Notes: a model not told the origin generated them from the sequence alone. A stretch of 63,645 nt of DNA, filler included, from Octopus bimaculoides (GCF_001194135.2; 5 parts of 5 records of this genome joined end to end with filler, not necessarily neighbours in it); one strand, 5' to 3'. Shown: positions 37,881-52,284, counted from the whole stretch's first letter. Made by a program: numbers and translations.

Positions 37881-40799
37881 ATTGTGTCTGATAACAGCCC
37901 AATAAAGTGGCCTGCTATTACCTTTGTTATATATTTACATATCTGCACTCTAGATTGATCTGATGTTCAAATATGTACTCAGTTTCTGAATGCATATGTA
38001 AGAAATATACAACAGATAGATCTCATGCAATGCATAGATTCTGTTAAATTTACTACTGGTTCATCTGATCCTTTAATTCGAGTTCACTTTTCTGCATTTC
38101 AGACTTCTTTCACAGCTGCTATATGAAACATCAAACTTAGTAACATGCAAATAGTACCTGTGCAGGTAACACACAAAAGACACCTGTACTAGTGACATGT
38201 AAAAGACATCCAGTACACTCTGTAAAGTGGTTGGCATTAGGAAGGGCATCCAGCCATAAAAAAAGTACAGACCAAAACAGATGACTGGAGCCTGACACGA
38301 CTCTCCAGCTTACCAGCTCCAGTCAAATTGTCTAACCCATGCCAGCTTGGAAAACGGACGTTATATGATAATGATGATGACGACGATGACGATAACAATG
38401 ATAACAATGATGGTAGTAGTAACACCAACTGAGAGTATTGTGGGCTCACAAAGGGACAATAAATATGTTAAGTGGGTTGTGTGGGAACACTATGGATGTT
38501 TAGTCATGATTTAACATAGAAATGAAATATTTAAACTAGATATGATATTTTAAAAGCATTTTCAGAAAATAAATTTGGCAGGATTAAAATATCAGTTAAC
38601 AGAAACATGACTCATGATGAACCAAGATATATAGTTTTTTTTTTTATATGTATAAGTCTTCATTTTCTTTATGAATTTCCATAAAAATTTAACATGAATG
38701 CTGTGTAGTTGAGAAGCTTCCTTTCTGGCCATGTGCTCTTGGATCCTGTCCCACTATGTGGCACTTTGAGAGTGTTTTTTCTTCTGTAGCCCCAAGTCAA
38801 CCAAAGCCTTGTAAGCGGATTTGATGCGCAGGAACTGAAAGAAACCTGTTGTGTACATATATGTGTGAGTGTATGTATGCATGTGTGTATGTGTGTATAT
38901 GTGTGTATGTGCATGTGTGTGCATGTTTATATGCATGCATGCATATATGTATTTGTGTGTGTCTTTCAGTTTGTTATGATTGTCCTGCATCACTTCTTGA
39001 CAATGGGTGTTGGTTTGTTTATATCCCCCTAACTAATTGATTCAGCCAAACAGATAGACAGAATAATTATCAGATTTAAGATGAAATAAGTGCTGGGGTC
39101 AATTTGTTTGAATAAAAAACCTTCAAAGCCTTACCCCAGCATGGCTGCAGTCCAATGACTGAAACAAGTACAGAGGTAAAAGATAAAAGAAGGAACATAA
39201 GTTCGCCACTGAACTTTCGCATGACATGGCACTTTACAGAATTAGAGACACCGTTAAAAGTTCAACAACAGCAGATTATATTTATTAGTTCATTTTATTA
39301 TATTTATTTGTTCATTTCCTGATAGCTTTCTTACAGCTTAAAAGAGAAAGAAAAAAATCATTACTGGTGATAAACTTATATAACTATTTCCATACCAATA
39401 ACTAATGTTTAATGTGATATACAAGCTGTATGAATAACTAATTTTTGATGTTAAACTTATGAATCATGTAGATAATCATAATCTTGATATATCATGTGTC
39501 ATTACAGGTGTCTGGCGATATAAAATTAATTTACCAACTAAAATTGATAAATGAGCTGTATATACTAAATATGACTTGACATCTTCTTCACAGTAATTGT
39601 TACTTTCATAGTGATATTGTGCATATATTACAGCAATATTTAAATTTGTTGTAGACAATGCTTATATCTTTTACAAATAAATATACATTATGCAAATAGT
39701 GACATAATTACATTTGACATAAATTCAAAGTTTATTTCTGTATACTGAAAGTAAATACTAATGCAAAACCACTCCATTATTATAAAGATGCTATTCTTTT
39801 TTTGTTTTTTTTTACAACCATGAGTGATTTCATTTCTCTGTTAAATAACTCTATTCTGCATAAGATTATTTCCTTTTGAAATATTCAAAGAAATTTTTAG
39901 ATTATCAATAGCAAAAATAAGGTATAATTTTTAATTTTGTTTTCAATTTATCATCAAAGTTAATAAATTTATAAGATTTCAATCATCTTTACAGCAAATA
40001 GTTTCCATTCTATTTCGGATCAAAAGCAAAAAAAAAATTAAAATATTGTATTATGTTTTGGGATTGATATTGCCACCAACCTATTGCCTTTTTTTTTAAT
40101 ATATATATATATTTTGGTGTGATGTCATACAATCGGTTTAAACAATAATTCTGTATACTGAATTGTTTATATTTCTTAGTTGTTTTACATTTTGACAATA
40201 TAAAAGTTTTGATTTGTTTATCTGAACAAGTAAATAATCTAAACTTTAAAGAATAAAGGAATCTCATTGAGATAAAATATGTTGCCTTTTACTCTTAAAA
40301 GAATTTTGCAATAAATTGATAGATAGATAATAGACAGCAGACGCATAATGGAATATATATATATATATATATATATATATTCTTTTTTCTTTGCTTGTTT
40401 CACTCTGGCCAAGTTGGAGCACTACCTTAAAGGGTTTTAGTCAAAGAAATCAACCCCAAGACTTATTATTTGTAAGCCTAGTACTTATTCTATTGGTTTC
40501 TTTGGCTGAACCATTAAGTTACAGGAACATATCAGTTGTCAAGAGACAGAAGGGGAACAAACACACACACACATACCCATAAATACATACACATACACAC
40601 ATATATACGATAGGCTTCTTTCAGTTTCTGTCTACCAAATCCACTCACAAGGCTTTGGTCGACCCAAGGCTATAGTAGAAGACACTCGCCCAGCCCAAGG
40701 TGCCATGCAGTTGGACTAAACCCAGAGTCATGTGTTTGGGAAGCAAGTTTCTTAACACAGTCACATCTGCACCTATATATATATGTGTGTGTGTGTGTA

Positions 40800-40990
40800 G
40801 GGAGAATTCACAAAAATACAAAAGACAAAGACAAGTGGTGTAGAAAACAAACAGATGTATTAGTATAATGCTCGGAAATTAAAAAAGTCTTTAACGTTTC
40901 GAGCCTACACTCTTCCACAGAAAGGAACACAGAAAGAAACAAGGAGAGAAAAAAAATGTGTGTAGTGATTAGCGATTTATCATGGCAAAT
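40800..40990 (-). mobile_element. Hammerhead-bearing repeat (family C), core at 40886-40925
   Basis: Minus strand CTTT CTGTGGA A GAGT GTAG GCTC GAAAC GTT AAAG. Confidence 0.8.
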
Positions 40991-42112
40991 GCCATGATCA
41001 CACAAGAGAGGATCACACAAGAGAGCTGAGAAGAAGGGGAGATAACAAAGTAGTAGTGATCGCAAAACGAATGCACGCGTGTGTATGAGAATATGTATGT
41101 GCGTGTGAGAGAGGGCTGGTGGTCTTGACGTGTGCGTGTGTGTATGTGTAGGTGTGAAGATGTGGGGATGGGAATTGGTCAGTGCTGGTGTGTGCGTGGT
41201 GGTGTGGTGTGATGTGATGTGTTGTGGGGTATGGTGTAGTGTGGTGTGGTGTGATGGTGTTGGGAGGTGGAGGAGGCAAGAGTGGGAAAAGCACGGGTAG
41301 GGTATGGGTTAGGCNNNNNNNNNNNNNNNNNNNNNNNNNNNNNNNNNNNNNNNNNNNNNNNNNNNNNNNNNNNNNNNNNNNNNNNNNNNNNNNNNNNNNN
41401 NNNNNNNNNNNNNNNNNNNNNNNNNNNNNNNNNNNNNNNNNNNNNNNNNNNNNNNNNNNNNNNNNNNNNNNNNNNNNNNNNNNNNNNNNNNNNNNNNNNN
41501 NNNNNNNNNNNNNNNNNNNNNNNNNNNNNNNNNNNNNNNNNNNNNNNNNNNNNNNNNNNNNNNNNNNNNNNNNNNNNNNNNNNNNNNNNNNNNNNNNNNN
41601 NNNNNNNNNNNNNNNNNNNNNNNNNNNNNNNNNNNNNNNNNNNNNNNNNNNNNNNNNNNNNNNNNNNNNNNNNNNNNNNNNNNNNNNNNNNNNNNNNNNN
41701 NNNNNNNNNNNNNNNNNNNNNNNNNNNNNNNNNNNNNNNNNNNNNNNNNNNNNNNNNNNNNNNNNNNNNNNNNNNNNNNNNNNNNNNNNNNNNNNNNNNN
41801 NNNNNNNNNNNNNNNNNNNNNNNNNNNNNNNNNNNNNNNNNNNNNNNNNNNNNNNNNNNNNNNNNNNNNNNNNNNNNNNNNNNNNNNNNNNNNNNNNNNN
41901 NNNNNNNNNNNNNNNNNNNNNNNNNNNNNNNNNNNNNNNNNNNNNNNNNNNNNNNNNNNNNNNNNNNNNNNNNNNNNNNNNNNNNNNNNNNNNNNNNNNN
42001 NNNNNNNNNNNNNNNNNNNNNNNNNNNNNNNNNNNNNNNNNNNNNNNNNNNNNNNNNNNNNNNNNNNNNNNNNNNNNNNNNNNATATATATATATATATA
42101 TATATATATACA

Positions 42113-42365
42113 TGTGGAGGTGTGTGGCCTAGTGGTTAGGGTGTCAGCACTATGATCGTAATATTGTGGTTTGGATTCCTGGACCAGACGACGCGTTGTG
42201 TTCTTGAGCAAAACACTTCATTTCATGTTGCTCCAGTCCACTCAGTTGGCAAAAATGAGTAACGCTGCGATGGACTGGCATCCCGTCCAGCGGGGGAACA
42301 CATATGCCATTGAAGCCGAGAAACCGGGCCCATGAGTCTGGCTAGGCTTTAGAAGGGTGCATTTA
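42113..42365 (+). mobile_element. tRNA/CORE SINE, distinct tail, CpGs largely retained
   Basis: A box TGGCCTAGTGG, core GTGTTCTTGAGCAAAACACTT. Confidence 0.85.
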
Positions 42366-42628
42366 TTTATTTTTATATATACACATACACATATATGCAT
42401 ATTTGGCGAGTGACTGCTACTGCTGCTAACATAATACTGAGGAATTTGAATAGATTAACAAAATCGATATAACTAGACAATTCCCAGACTGTTTTTCTTC
42501 TGAAGATGGGCTTTTGCACCTGAAATATAAAGGTTTTGTGAAACTTTCTGCATTGTCAGAAGCTTTTCCATTTTCCCTTTTCTTTCCCTTCTTCGATACC
42601 ACAATGCTTCAAGTAAACTACAACACTC

Positions 42629-42676
<48 letters not shown>

Positions 42677-42784
42677 TGAAATATATATATTGATATATAT
42701 TCCCAGTGGTGACTCACAGAGTGACCTGGCCAATCCAATGGAACAAAGAACTTTTGCCTAACATCTATGCTTCAAACCATGCAG

Positions 42785-42841
42785 ATCTGCAGTGAGACTG
42801 GCCATGGACACGAAGTCAGAAATGCCATTGACAACAAGGAA
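42785..42841 (+). CDS. Candidate 57-nt exon
   Basis: Branch-like CCTAAC, catgcag|..GAA|gtacgt; phase 2 to 2, SAVRLAMDTKSEMPLTTR(K). Confidence 0.4.
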
Positions 42842-42857
42842 GTACGTGTGTGTGTGT

Positions 42858-42901
<44 letters not shown>

Positions 42902-42924
42902 ACATCTTTTTAATTTGTTTACAG

Positions 42925-42997
42925 GAAATATTTTGAATATGCAAATAAGGCTCCTGTTCCATTATTCTGGCCACAGTCTAATGATGCTAACTGGTGA
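42925..42997 (+). CDS. Candidate exon following an 83-nt intron
   Basis: ttaatttgtttacag|G; KYFEYANKAPVPLFWPQSNDANW*, in frame with 42785-42841. Confidence 0.4.
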
Positions 42998-43740
42998 ACC
43001 AGCTTTTGAGGTTGATTTAAACTGGTCTAATATAATGTAGGATAAATATAGTAATAATAACAATAATCTTTGGATGGAATTTATAAACATTTAATGCATC
43101 GTTATGTAGTGATGCTTTAAATGCTTATAAATTCAATCCAAAGATTATTGTTATTATTACTATATATGAATATATATGTGTGTGTGTGTGTGTGTGTATA
43201 CATGTATATATGTATATATGTATGTGTTTATATATATATATATATATNNNNNNNNNNATATATATTGAGGGCTAGATTTGATGTGATATACTTTACCAAA
43301 ATTTTTTGACTCAGGTCCAGTGAAACATTCCATTCCTAAATCCTTGTTACATTAACCATCTAAATGATGGGCTAAATTGAAATGGAATATAACATGCAAT
43401 AAATACTAACCAAATATTGATATTTTGAATACATTAATTGTATAAGAAATTACTTACGTAATACATTCCTCAGTCAAAATATTTCAAAATATGACTTAAA
43501 ACAGAATTTATCCCTATACATAGCATCTGTCTGGACAGTCTCAAGAGAACTCACAAACAAGAAGAGAAAGAGGGAAGTTAGACAGTGGAAATGGATGTAG
43601 AGTGGGTAAAAGAGATAGAAAGGGTAAGAGCGGGTATGTAAGGTGAAGTAAAAGAAAGAAGGAAAAAGAAAGAGGTTGAGATAGTTGAGAGAAGTGGGAG
43701 AGAGGAGTTGATGTAAATAAATAGATGAATGAATAGTTAC

Positions 43741-43936
43741 TCTCTCTTTTACTCTTTTACTCTTGTACTTGTTTCAGTCTTTTGACTGTGACCATGCTGG
43801 AGCACTGCCTTTAGTCGAGCAAATCGACCCCAGGACTTATTCTTTGGAAGCCTAGTACTTATTCTATTGGTCTCTTTTGCCGAAGCGCTAAGTTACGGGT
43901 ACGTAAACACACCAGAATCGGTTGACAAACACATAT

Positions 43937-43983
<47 letters not shown>

Positions 43984-44157
43984 TATACATATATACGATG
44001 GGCTTCTTTCAGTTTCCGTCTACCAAATCCACTCACAAGGCTTTGGTCGGCCCGAGGCTATAGTAGAAGACACTTGCCCAAGATGCCAAGCAGTGGGACT
44101 GAACCCGGAACCATGTGGTTGGTAAGCAAGCTACTTACCACACAGCCACTCCTACGC
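43741..44157 (-). mobile_element. Best-preserved bipartite tRNA/CORE SINE with internal (TA)n
   Basis: Complete head-core-microsatellite-tail organisation ending in (GAGTAAAA)-like repeats. Confidence 0.9.
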
Positions 44158-44557
44158 CTAATTAAACAAAAAAAATGGATGGATGGATGAAAGGATGATA
44201 TCAGAATGGTAGCAGATGTGTGGGGATGGAATGAGTGAAAAAATTTAAAAGTGGTGGGTGAAAAAGAGAAAGAAAAAGACGGTAGAAGCTGAAGAAGAAA
44301 TACAGGAAACAGGGGAAGAAGAACGAGGAGGAGGAATGTTTTTCCTCTTCTTCAGTCTTTATTGAATTTCATTTTATTTTCCACCCACCACCACCACCAT
44401 CCCCATCTTCTCCTTTTTTCTCTTTTCTCTCTTTACATTTATTTTTCTTCCTCCTCCCACCATCTGGTGTGAATTTTGCCTTCCTTAAGAGTCTTTTAAG
44501 AACTGATGGTTGTCTATGGATGTCGATAATATGCAATTCTTTCATTATTTCTCCAAG

Positions 44558-44584
44558 ATTTGATATTTGGTGTAGAATTAGAAG
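44558..44584 (+). CDS. Candidate 27-nt exon
   Basis: atttctccaag|..AAG|gtatca; phase 1 to 1, LIFGVELE(G). Confidence 0.3.
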
Positions 44585-44901
44585 GTATCACTTGACTGAA
44601 TGTAAGATGTTGTAGTTATATAAACAGGCTTCTTTCAGATTCCATCAACCAAATCCACTCACAAGGAATTGGTTGGCTTAGGGTTACAGTAGAAAACACT
44701 TGCCCAAGGTGCCATGCAATAGGACTGAACCCAAGACCACATAGCCAGAATGCAAGTTTCTTAACTATACAGCAATGCCTGCACCTTCAATATTTATAGA
44801 ATATTTTATTTTATTAATTTGTGTTTTAGTTTTACTTTAGAAATGTCATTTTATTTGTGAAATTTTATGGCAAATTTCCTAAGCTATTCGTTTGAACCCA
44901 G

Positions 44902-44959
44902 GTGATATTCCTAATGAAACACGATATATGTTTCAAATGAAACGGAATGGAAAAAGACT
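44902..44959 (+). CDS. Candidate 58-nt exon
   Basis: gaacccag|..CT|gtaaat. The only open frame is phase 1 to 2, DIPNETRYMFQMKRNGKR, in frame with 44558-44584. Confidence 0.3.
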
Positions 44960-47669
44960 GTAAATAGTTCTTGTAATTCAGTTAGTCTTATCTGTAGTCA
45001 AGCATGTCTTTATCTTCTATCAGTTATTTAATAAGACAGAAAATTACCACCAAAATGCTGAAACAGTATAATTTTGAATTCATTTGATTAATACTTAATT
45101 TATTAAGGAATCTTGATTGCGTGCTTAAAGACAGTTTCATAAAAACTTATATCTTTCTGAAATAAAACAGAAAGATACCAAAACATATATGTATATTTTT
45201 CATAATGTTTTTGTTCTTTAGGTATTATTGTGTTGTCTATTTCTGTTTCCAGTATCATTTAATATCCTAAAGAATGTAAGCTTCATCACAGTATATATCT
45301 TAAGACAAAATAGATTCTCAATTTTTTTAACTGTAGGAAATACACAAATCTCAAGAAGAAACAGGGTATGTAATATATATGAAGTCTAAAAAATTTACTT
45401 TTCTCTGCCGATTTTATTTTTATTATAATCAAAAATATTATCTTTAGAAGTCTCGTTTCAGTATCTGTCAGTTATGTTTAAATTTTTTTTTTCTCAAGAA
45501 TTTGAAATTAAATCAATGAAAATTTCTCTAAGTAACAAGAATCAAGTAAATCCGTTTCAAAATTAAAAGTCTTATTTGATGCCAAGAATTGAACTGTTTT
45601 GTATCATGCAATGACAAATCTTTGAAGTAAATAATCTATATATTGGACCACTTCACTGCTGGTTACTAGTCAATGCAACAAGAAACATGTCTTTTGACAG
45701 CAATAACTTTCCTAAAAAAACATGAAAATCATGTCTTCTAAATGTTGGCTTTCATTTTTGAAAATATTAAAAAATCTATCAACTGTAAAAGAAACTTGAT
45801 TATTGCATTTTATCTACATCAAAGTATGTTGTTATGATCAATTACCTATCTTTATCACAAAGATGCTGTTTCCAACATGTTTCGTGGTAATGTCATCAAT
45901 TACATTATGATTTTTTGCATGATTTCATCAATAGAATGGTAGAAGAACTGAAGTCTTCCATCCTTTCAAGTAATTTTTGGTTGAAATTGTTCTTAATTCC
46001 TTTTCACAATGATTTTCATAAGTTACATCTATTTAAAATATTGATGGAAAGATACAGTGAATATTAAAATATTACTTCAAGATTTTTTAGGTGAACTTGA
46101 GTGTTGGAACAAATTTTGTTGTGTCTAGGGAGAGTCATTATGCTAATATCATTAATAACACACACACTGGTTCCACTCTACTCCTTTATTATTAGTCAAT
46201 TGGTTAAATATCCAACGAACTAATCGATTGCTTGTTTAATTTGGTTAAACAGTAAGTCATTTGTTTTGTTTTTGTTTGTCAAAGCTCTTTCATTGCTACT
46301 TGCAACCTTTTCAATGACTTTCAACTCAGTCTAGTCTAGAGATTGTGAGAGGTGATAGCTCTGATGTCAACTGTGTATGATGCTGGGGGTATATTTCAAA
46401 GTGATGTGAGAAGGTTATGTAAGTTAAATTTTAACTTACATAGAAGAAGTTTAAAAGACTAGATGGCAAGAAAATTCCTTGCAGTAATCCATTCAAGAAA
46501 AAACTGTTTATAGATAAGATTTATTGCACAACTCAAAGCACTGATCCTTTAACATCGCCTTCATCAGCAGCAGCAGCGACATTATCATTTTCATTATTGT
46601 TATTACTTTCATCTGCTTTTCTATGCTGTCATGATTTGGACAGGTCATCGTGATCCAAGCCAATTAGAGGATCAAGTTTCACTCATCACATTCCTTTTCT
46701 GACATGGTTTCTATGACAGAATACCCTTCCAAACACCCTCTAACTACTTTACAAAGTGTACTGGGTACATTTTGCTATGGTGTCATCACCAGAGAAATTG
46801 TCATTTCTTTGTACAAACTTGAATTCTTTTCAACCCAACATTATGCATTTTACCATGACAGCAGCACTATTGAGATCAGCTTATGAGCTATAAAGCTAAA
46901 GAGTTATCACTACCCTACAATGTTTCCATTCATCCAAGAGAACATGCCACCAAAAAGATGAGCAGAGGAGCAAAAGTATGACAGGGGAAATAGAGCGATG
47001 ATACAGTACAAAGGAAGGGAGTCCCATAAGGGGAGAGAGAGAGGTGGGCAACAAGGAGATAGCAAAAATTGATTCTACTGTCATTATCGATCGCATTGTA
47101 GTCATATATTAGGCTGCAACAAAAATTATGTTTACTATTTTACATGAAATATTTACTTCACAGTCTGAGCAAACTAAGAGTTAGTTTGCTCACTCAGTGT
47201 TTTGTGGTATTTCTTAAGGTGTTGGATATGTTCTTTATTGAAGGGTGGAAAAGAAATAAATTGAAAAATTTCTCTGTGATTAATGGTAGTAAGAATGGTG
47301 CATCTTTTATCTTTCTTTTAACTTTTCCTTGTTTCAGCGATCAGACTGTGGCCATGCTGGGACACGGCATTGAAGAATTTTAGTTGTATGAATTGATCTT
47401 AAAACTTTTTTTTTCACCTTAAGCCTGGTGCTTATGCTATTGGTTTGTTTTGCTGAACTGCTGAGTTATGAGGATGTAAACACACCAACACTGGTTGTCA
47501 AGCAACAACAAGGGAACAAACACAGAAACAAACACACACACATTCATATGCACATACATACATACATAAAATAGGTATCTACCTGCATTTTCATGTGGTA
47601 CACTTAAACAATTGTAAAGATCTCTTCACATGAAGCCATTGGTTACCTTATCACCCCACAAATAAAGTG

Positions 47670-47704
<35 letters not shown>

Positions 47705-48634
47705 AAAAAAATTTTTTAATTAAGGTACTCAGAAACCTGGATGTTTGTACATTTACAGATTTTTATTAATGTCACATATTAAATGAAGCGCTTTTCACCT
47801 AGTCNNNNNNNNNNNNNNNNNNNNNNNNNNNNNNNNNNNNNNNNNNNNNNNNNNNNNNNNNNNNNNNNNNNNNNNNNNNNNNNNNNNNNNNNNNNNNNNN
47901 NNNNNNNNNNNNNNNNNNNNNNNNNNNNNNNNNNNNNNNNNNNNNNNNNNNNNNNNNNNNNNNNNNNNNNNNNNNNNNNNNNNNNNNNNNNNNNNNNNNN
48001 NNNNNNNNNNNNNNNNNNNNNNNNNNNNNNNNNNNNNNNNNNNNNNNNNNNNNNNNNNNNNNNNNNNNNNNNNNNNNNNNNNNNNNNNNNNNNNNNNNNN
48101 NNNNNNNNNNNNNNNNNNNNNNNNNNNNNNNNNNNNNNNNNNNNNNNNNNNNNNNNNNNNNNNATATATATATATATATATACATGTGTGTGTATATATA
48201 TATACATATATTTGTATATAAGAATATGGTTACAAAGTGAGATTTTTAACCACACAGCCATACTTGTTCCTTTATTTATTTAATTAGCATTTTTCTAGTT
48301 ATGTATTTATTGAGTGAGTTTTTTGAATATTGTAGAAATGGTTATAACCTGATGAAATTGATTTTAAAGTTTATTCATCTTTCTTGTATCAAATGAATGG
48401 AAAACATTCTATCGTTGAGGCAGGCCATAAACGATGGGGTGTATAACTTACTGAACTGATTTCCAGTAAACTACTGAAATTATTTTAAAGAAGTTAACTT
48501 CTATAGAAGTTTATCTCACAATGTAAAAAAAATTCAAGCTAAATATGAAAAGGGATTTTGTTTGGGGCTTAGCCCTCTACAGTATTTTCCATTACAGCAT
48601 TCCAAAAGGTGTAGTGTTATATAATAAAAACAGT

Positions 48635-50664
48635 TATTGTGGGAGACCTTAAGCAGTTTAAGGCATTCAATAATCCATGAGTGTGGAGCCATGTCATATG
48701 CTTTCCTGTAGTCCACCCATGCCATTGCCAAATTTTTGTGTCTCTTCTTGCAGTCAGCCAGCATTGTCTTAGTGATTAGTAATTGATCCTTCATTCCTCT
48801 GCTCTTATGTCTCCACCCTTTTTGTTCCACTGGTAGTAGGTCGTTCTCATCTTGGTACTTATAGATGCTGTTTGATATGATGCCCATCATCAGTTTCCAC
48901 ATCAGTGGCAAACAAGCTATTGGTTGAAAATTTCCAGCCTCATCCCCTTTTCTCAGATCCTTCTGGCATAGTACCATTCTTTCTTTTGTCATCTAGGCTG
49001 GTACTTGGATGTCACTACTCAGTATTTCGTCCATCTATCTCACAATTCTTCTGTGCAGAATTGTCAGGTTTTTAAGCCAAAAGCCCTGAACTCCATCTGG
49101 GCCAGGCACATTCCAGCTAGGAATTCTCCTGCACTGATCTCTAATCATCTCCTCAGTTATTCTCAAATCCTCCTGCTGATACTCTCCACTCTCCTCTTTG
49201 AGTGTTCTTAACCACTCTGCTTCAATTTCATGTTGTTTCTCCTGAGACCATATGTTTGACCAGAATCTTTTGCTTTCTTCTGCATCTGACATGGCTTTTT
49301 CACTTTTTTCTTTCCCATCCAGTTCATTATAGACTCATTTCTGATTTTGTTCGAAAAGTTTGTTTAATCTGTACTGCTCGATTCTCTGTTCATATCTCTT
49401 TAGTTTATGTGTTTTAGCTTTCAACCTCTATCTTAATTCCTCAACCACAACATTGATTCCCTTTCTCTTCACCCTATACTTCCTCTCTAGCTTAACATAT
49501 TTCTCTCACTGAACTTCATTTCTTTTTTTTCCGTTCCAGAATATTAATGTCTTCTGGTCTCATTAATGATTCCTTCAGGTTATGTTGACATTTACTTTTG
49601 GCTTTCAAACCTAACTTCCAGGCAATAAAGGTCAAGACTGCATTAATCAGATTGTTGGTGTCTGTGATGTTGTCAGTCCTGATATCACCAGTGATATCAT
49701 TTATCTTCCTGGCCCATTCATTGAGTTTCTTTCTGTCTACTTTTTAAACCCCGTATGAAAGCTCTGTTCACCAGAGGTCCAAATATCAATGATTTCATTT
49801 AAAATGGATATCTGTTCCTTGGTTCTCTCATCGCTTTCCTGATCAATAATCTCAGCCTCATGCTCTTTTTCTTCCTTTAACTCAACTGCCATAGTTTCAC
49901 TATCTGCATTCTCTCCCTCCTCCTTCTGTTCACTGCTGGTCCTACTATCCCTAAGCACCCATCTCTTAATGCTTTCTAGTTCAACTGGAGATAACCAATC
50001 ATTCTTTCTGATGGCTCTATCTTGGTCACACAGATTTTGTTCACTTAATTCAAATAGGTCTCTGTCGGTCCATGCCTGGTGCATTCTTTCCCTATATCCC
50101 CTAGTGGGTACTTCATTATCATTTCTCGGATTACCCAGAAAGTAGCACTCCATTACAGCCACATTCATTTCTTTCGTCCACCTTCTTTTAGCAGTTGCTT
50201 GATGATGACTGGGCCCATGCTGCTCACCCGTGGGGCAACCTCTGGCTGAGAGAGCTTCACAAGGTGTTTCAGCCTCATTCACGCCATCCTCATTTCTATT
50301 TCTATTTGACATTTCAGCACTCATGATAAGGGTTAGTGAATTTTAGGTTGCACAACCATCAGTATTTGTTTTTCCATGACACCATCACTATCAGGATCTC
50401 CACCCTAGGATATAGGATTCCTGTAATCCTGGTTTAATTTTAGGAGTTTCCGTCTCCTAGAAGGTGTGTTCAAGTGTTATGATTGCTTCTGCCTCTTAGG
50501 TATATGCTATTTTAGCAGCCGTTGCTTCATAAGAGTTCATTAGCCTTTATACAGGTCTTGTTTGTCTTCTTGTAGGGTGTCGAAATAGCAAGAATCATAC
50601 ACCCTCCTCACAGAACAAGCTCTGCGGAGTTGCCGGTTTAGTCACCGATGTCCCGACCAAAGAA
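48635..50664 (-). mobile_element. R4/Dong-like non-LTR retrotransposon, 5' half (5' UTR, N-terminal domain, start of RT), 3'-truncated
   Basis: KRRWTKEMNVAVMECYF..GYRERMHQAW..SEQNLCDQDRAIRKNDWLSPVELE (49737-50324); RT NFQPIACLPLMWKL..EQKGW..KDQLLI..AWVDYRKAYD.APHSWI. The 5' end abuts (AAT)n. Confidence 0.93.
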
Positions 50665-50684
50665 AATATTACTATTACTATTAC

Positions 50685-50742
<58 letters not shown>

Positions 50743-50745
50743 TAC

Positions 50746-50985
50746 TTTTAATCTGCATGTTTGTTACAATCACTCACCGAGACACACCCAGCATCCCAGG
50801 GCGAATGAAGGATAAGAGATGTTACAGTATGACTGAAAGCTTGGGGAGGGAAAGTGACAGGGGCTGTAGTGAAATATATTCATGTCATACAATACAGACA
50901 TTTAAATGGATAGGGTTTTTTATGGCTGTGGGCAGTATTTGTCAGCACAATCTTTTGGATTTTCCTGAGACATTTTTATATTTAT
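50746..50985 (-). mobile_element. R4/Dong-like 3' end fragment
   Basis: Minus strand CLRKIQKIVLTNTAHSHKKTLSI*, 3' UTR, (AAT)n tail at 50665-50745. Confidence 0.75.
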
Positions 50986-50989
50986 TATC

Positions 50990-51381
<392 letters not shown>

Positions 51382-51389
51382 TGTTTTAT

Positions 51390-52084
51390 ACAAGCTGCTT
51401 TAAGTTTCACCTCAAGAGCAATTTAGCTATTTTACCATGGCCGTCATTTATGATTAGCAAATACATACTGTGGGGAAAGGAAACCAGATTCTGGGAACTG
51501 TGATTCTGTTAAATTTGTAATATTTCAATTTTAAATAATGTTTAAGAGAGTCAGGTGTTTTCAGGTTTACAATGTCTTTAGTAACCATGAGAACAATTTT
51601 TGTAGTTGTGGAACTTTTGAATTTCCTAGTATTTGGCCATAGTGTTTAAGAGTACCATTTGGTATTATCTCCAAAGCTCCAATGATCACAAGTACATTTG
51701 TCATTCTTAGATATCACATTTTTGAGACCTCTATATGAAAGTCCTTGTATTTACTTAAATTTTCAAGTGTTTTTACAGAAGTGTTGCATTCTGCTGGTAT
51801 TGACACAATTATGAGCAAACATGTTTTGTTAATGTGACTTTTTTTTACCACAATATTTAGTCTATTGGCCTGAATAGCTAAATCAGTTTGAATACTAAGG
51901 TCTCAAAGAAGGGTGATGTCTTTATCTTGTACTCCTTAGGCAGGTTTATGTTCCCACCGGTTTTTCTCATATGGCAGCCTAAAATGATGACATGTGATCC
52001 AGAGCAAACACTGACCAAGTCTAACATGGTCATTAATATATTCATTTGAGGACAACATACAGCATCCAATGATAAAGTGAGCAA
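51390..52084 (-). mobile_element. R4/Dong-like zinc-knuckle plus RLE fragment
   Basis: Minus strand HFIIGCCMLSSNEYINDH..LWITC..WEHKP..DLSIQTDLAIQANRLNIVV..ENLSKYKDFHIEVSKM..VIIGALE..QLQK. Confidence 0.85.
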
Positions 52085-52106
52085 TATTATTAATATTATT
52101 ATTGAG

Positions 52107-52284
52107 TGAGAGAGCAATACATGCCATCAAAGTTACACTGGAGTACAAATATATGAAGCCCAATACACCCAAAATGATTACCTGTCTGATAAGGGCACAC
52201 CAAGCACATGTGTCAAAACCATATGCACATGACATTGTGATCGCATATCAAGATAAACAGTGCATGACCTTGCAGGTGGTACCC
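52107..52284 (-). mobile_element. Truncated copy of the (AAT)n-flanked non-coding element
   Basis: Matches 52725-52905; ATT repeats on both sides. Confidence 0.8.

Noticed and set aside
45560-46340. Minus-strand exons such as TELKVIEKVASSNERAL and GKLLLSKDMFLVALTSNQ
   Set aside because: Isolated splice-like signals that do not chain. They show how easily such patterns arise in AT-rich DNA and are why exon confidences are kept low.
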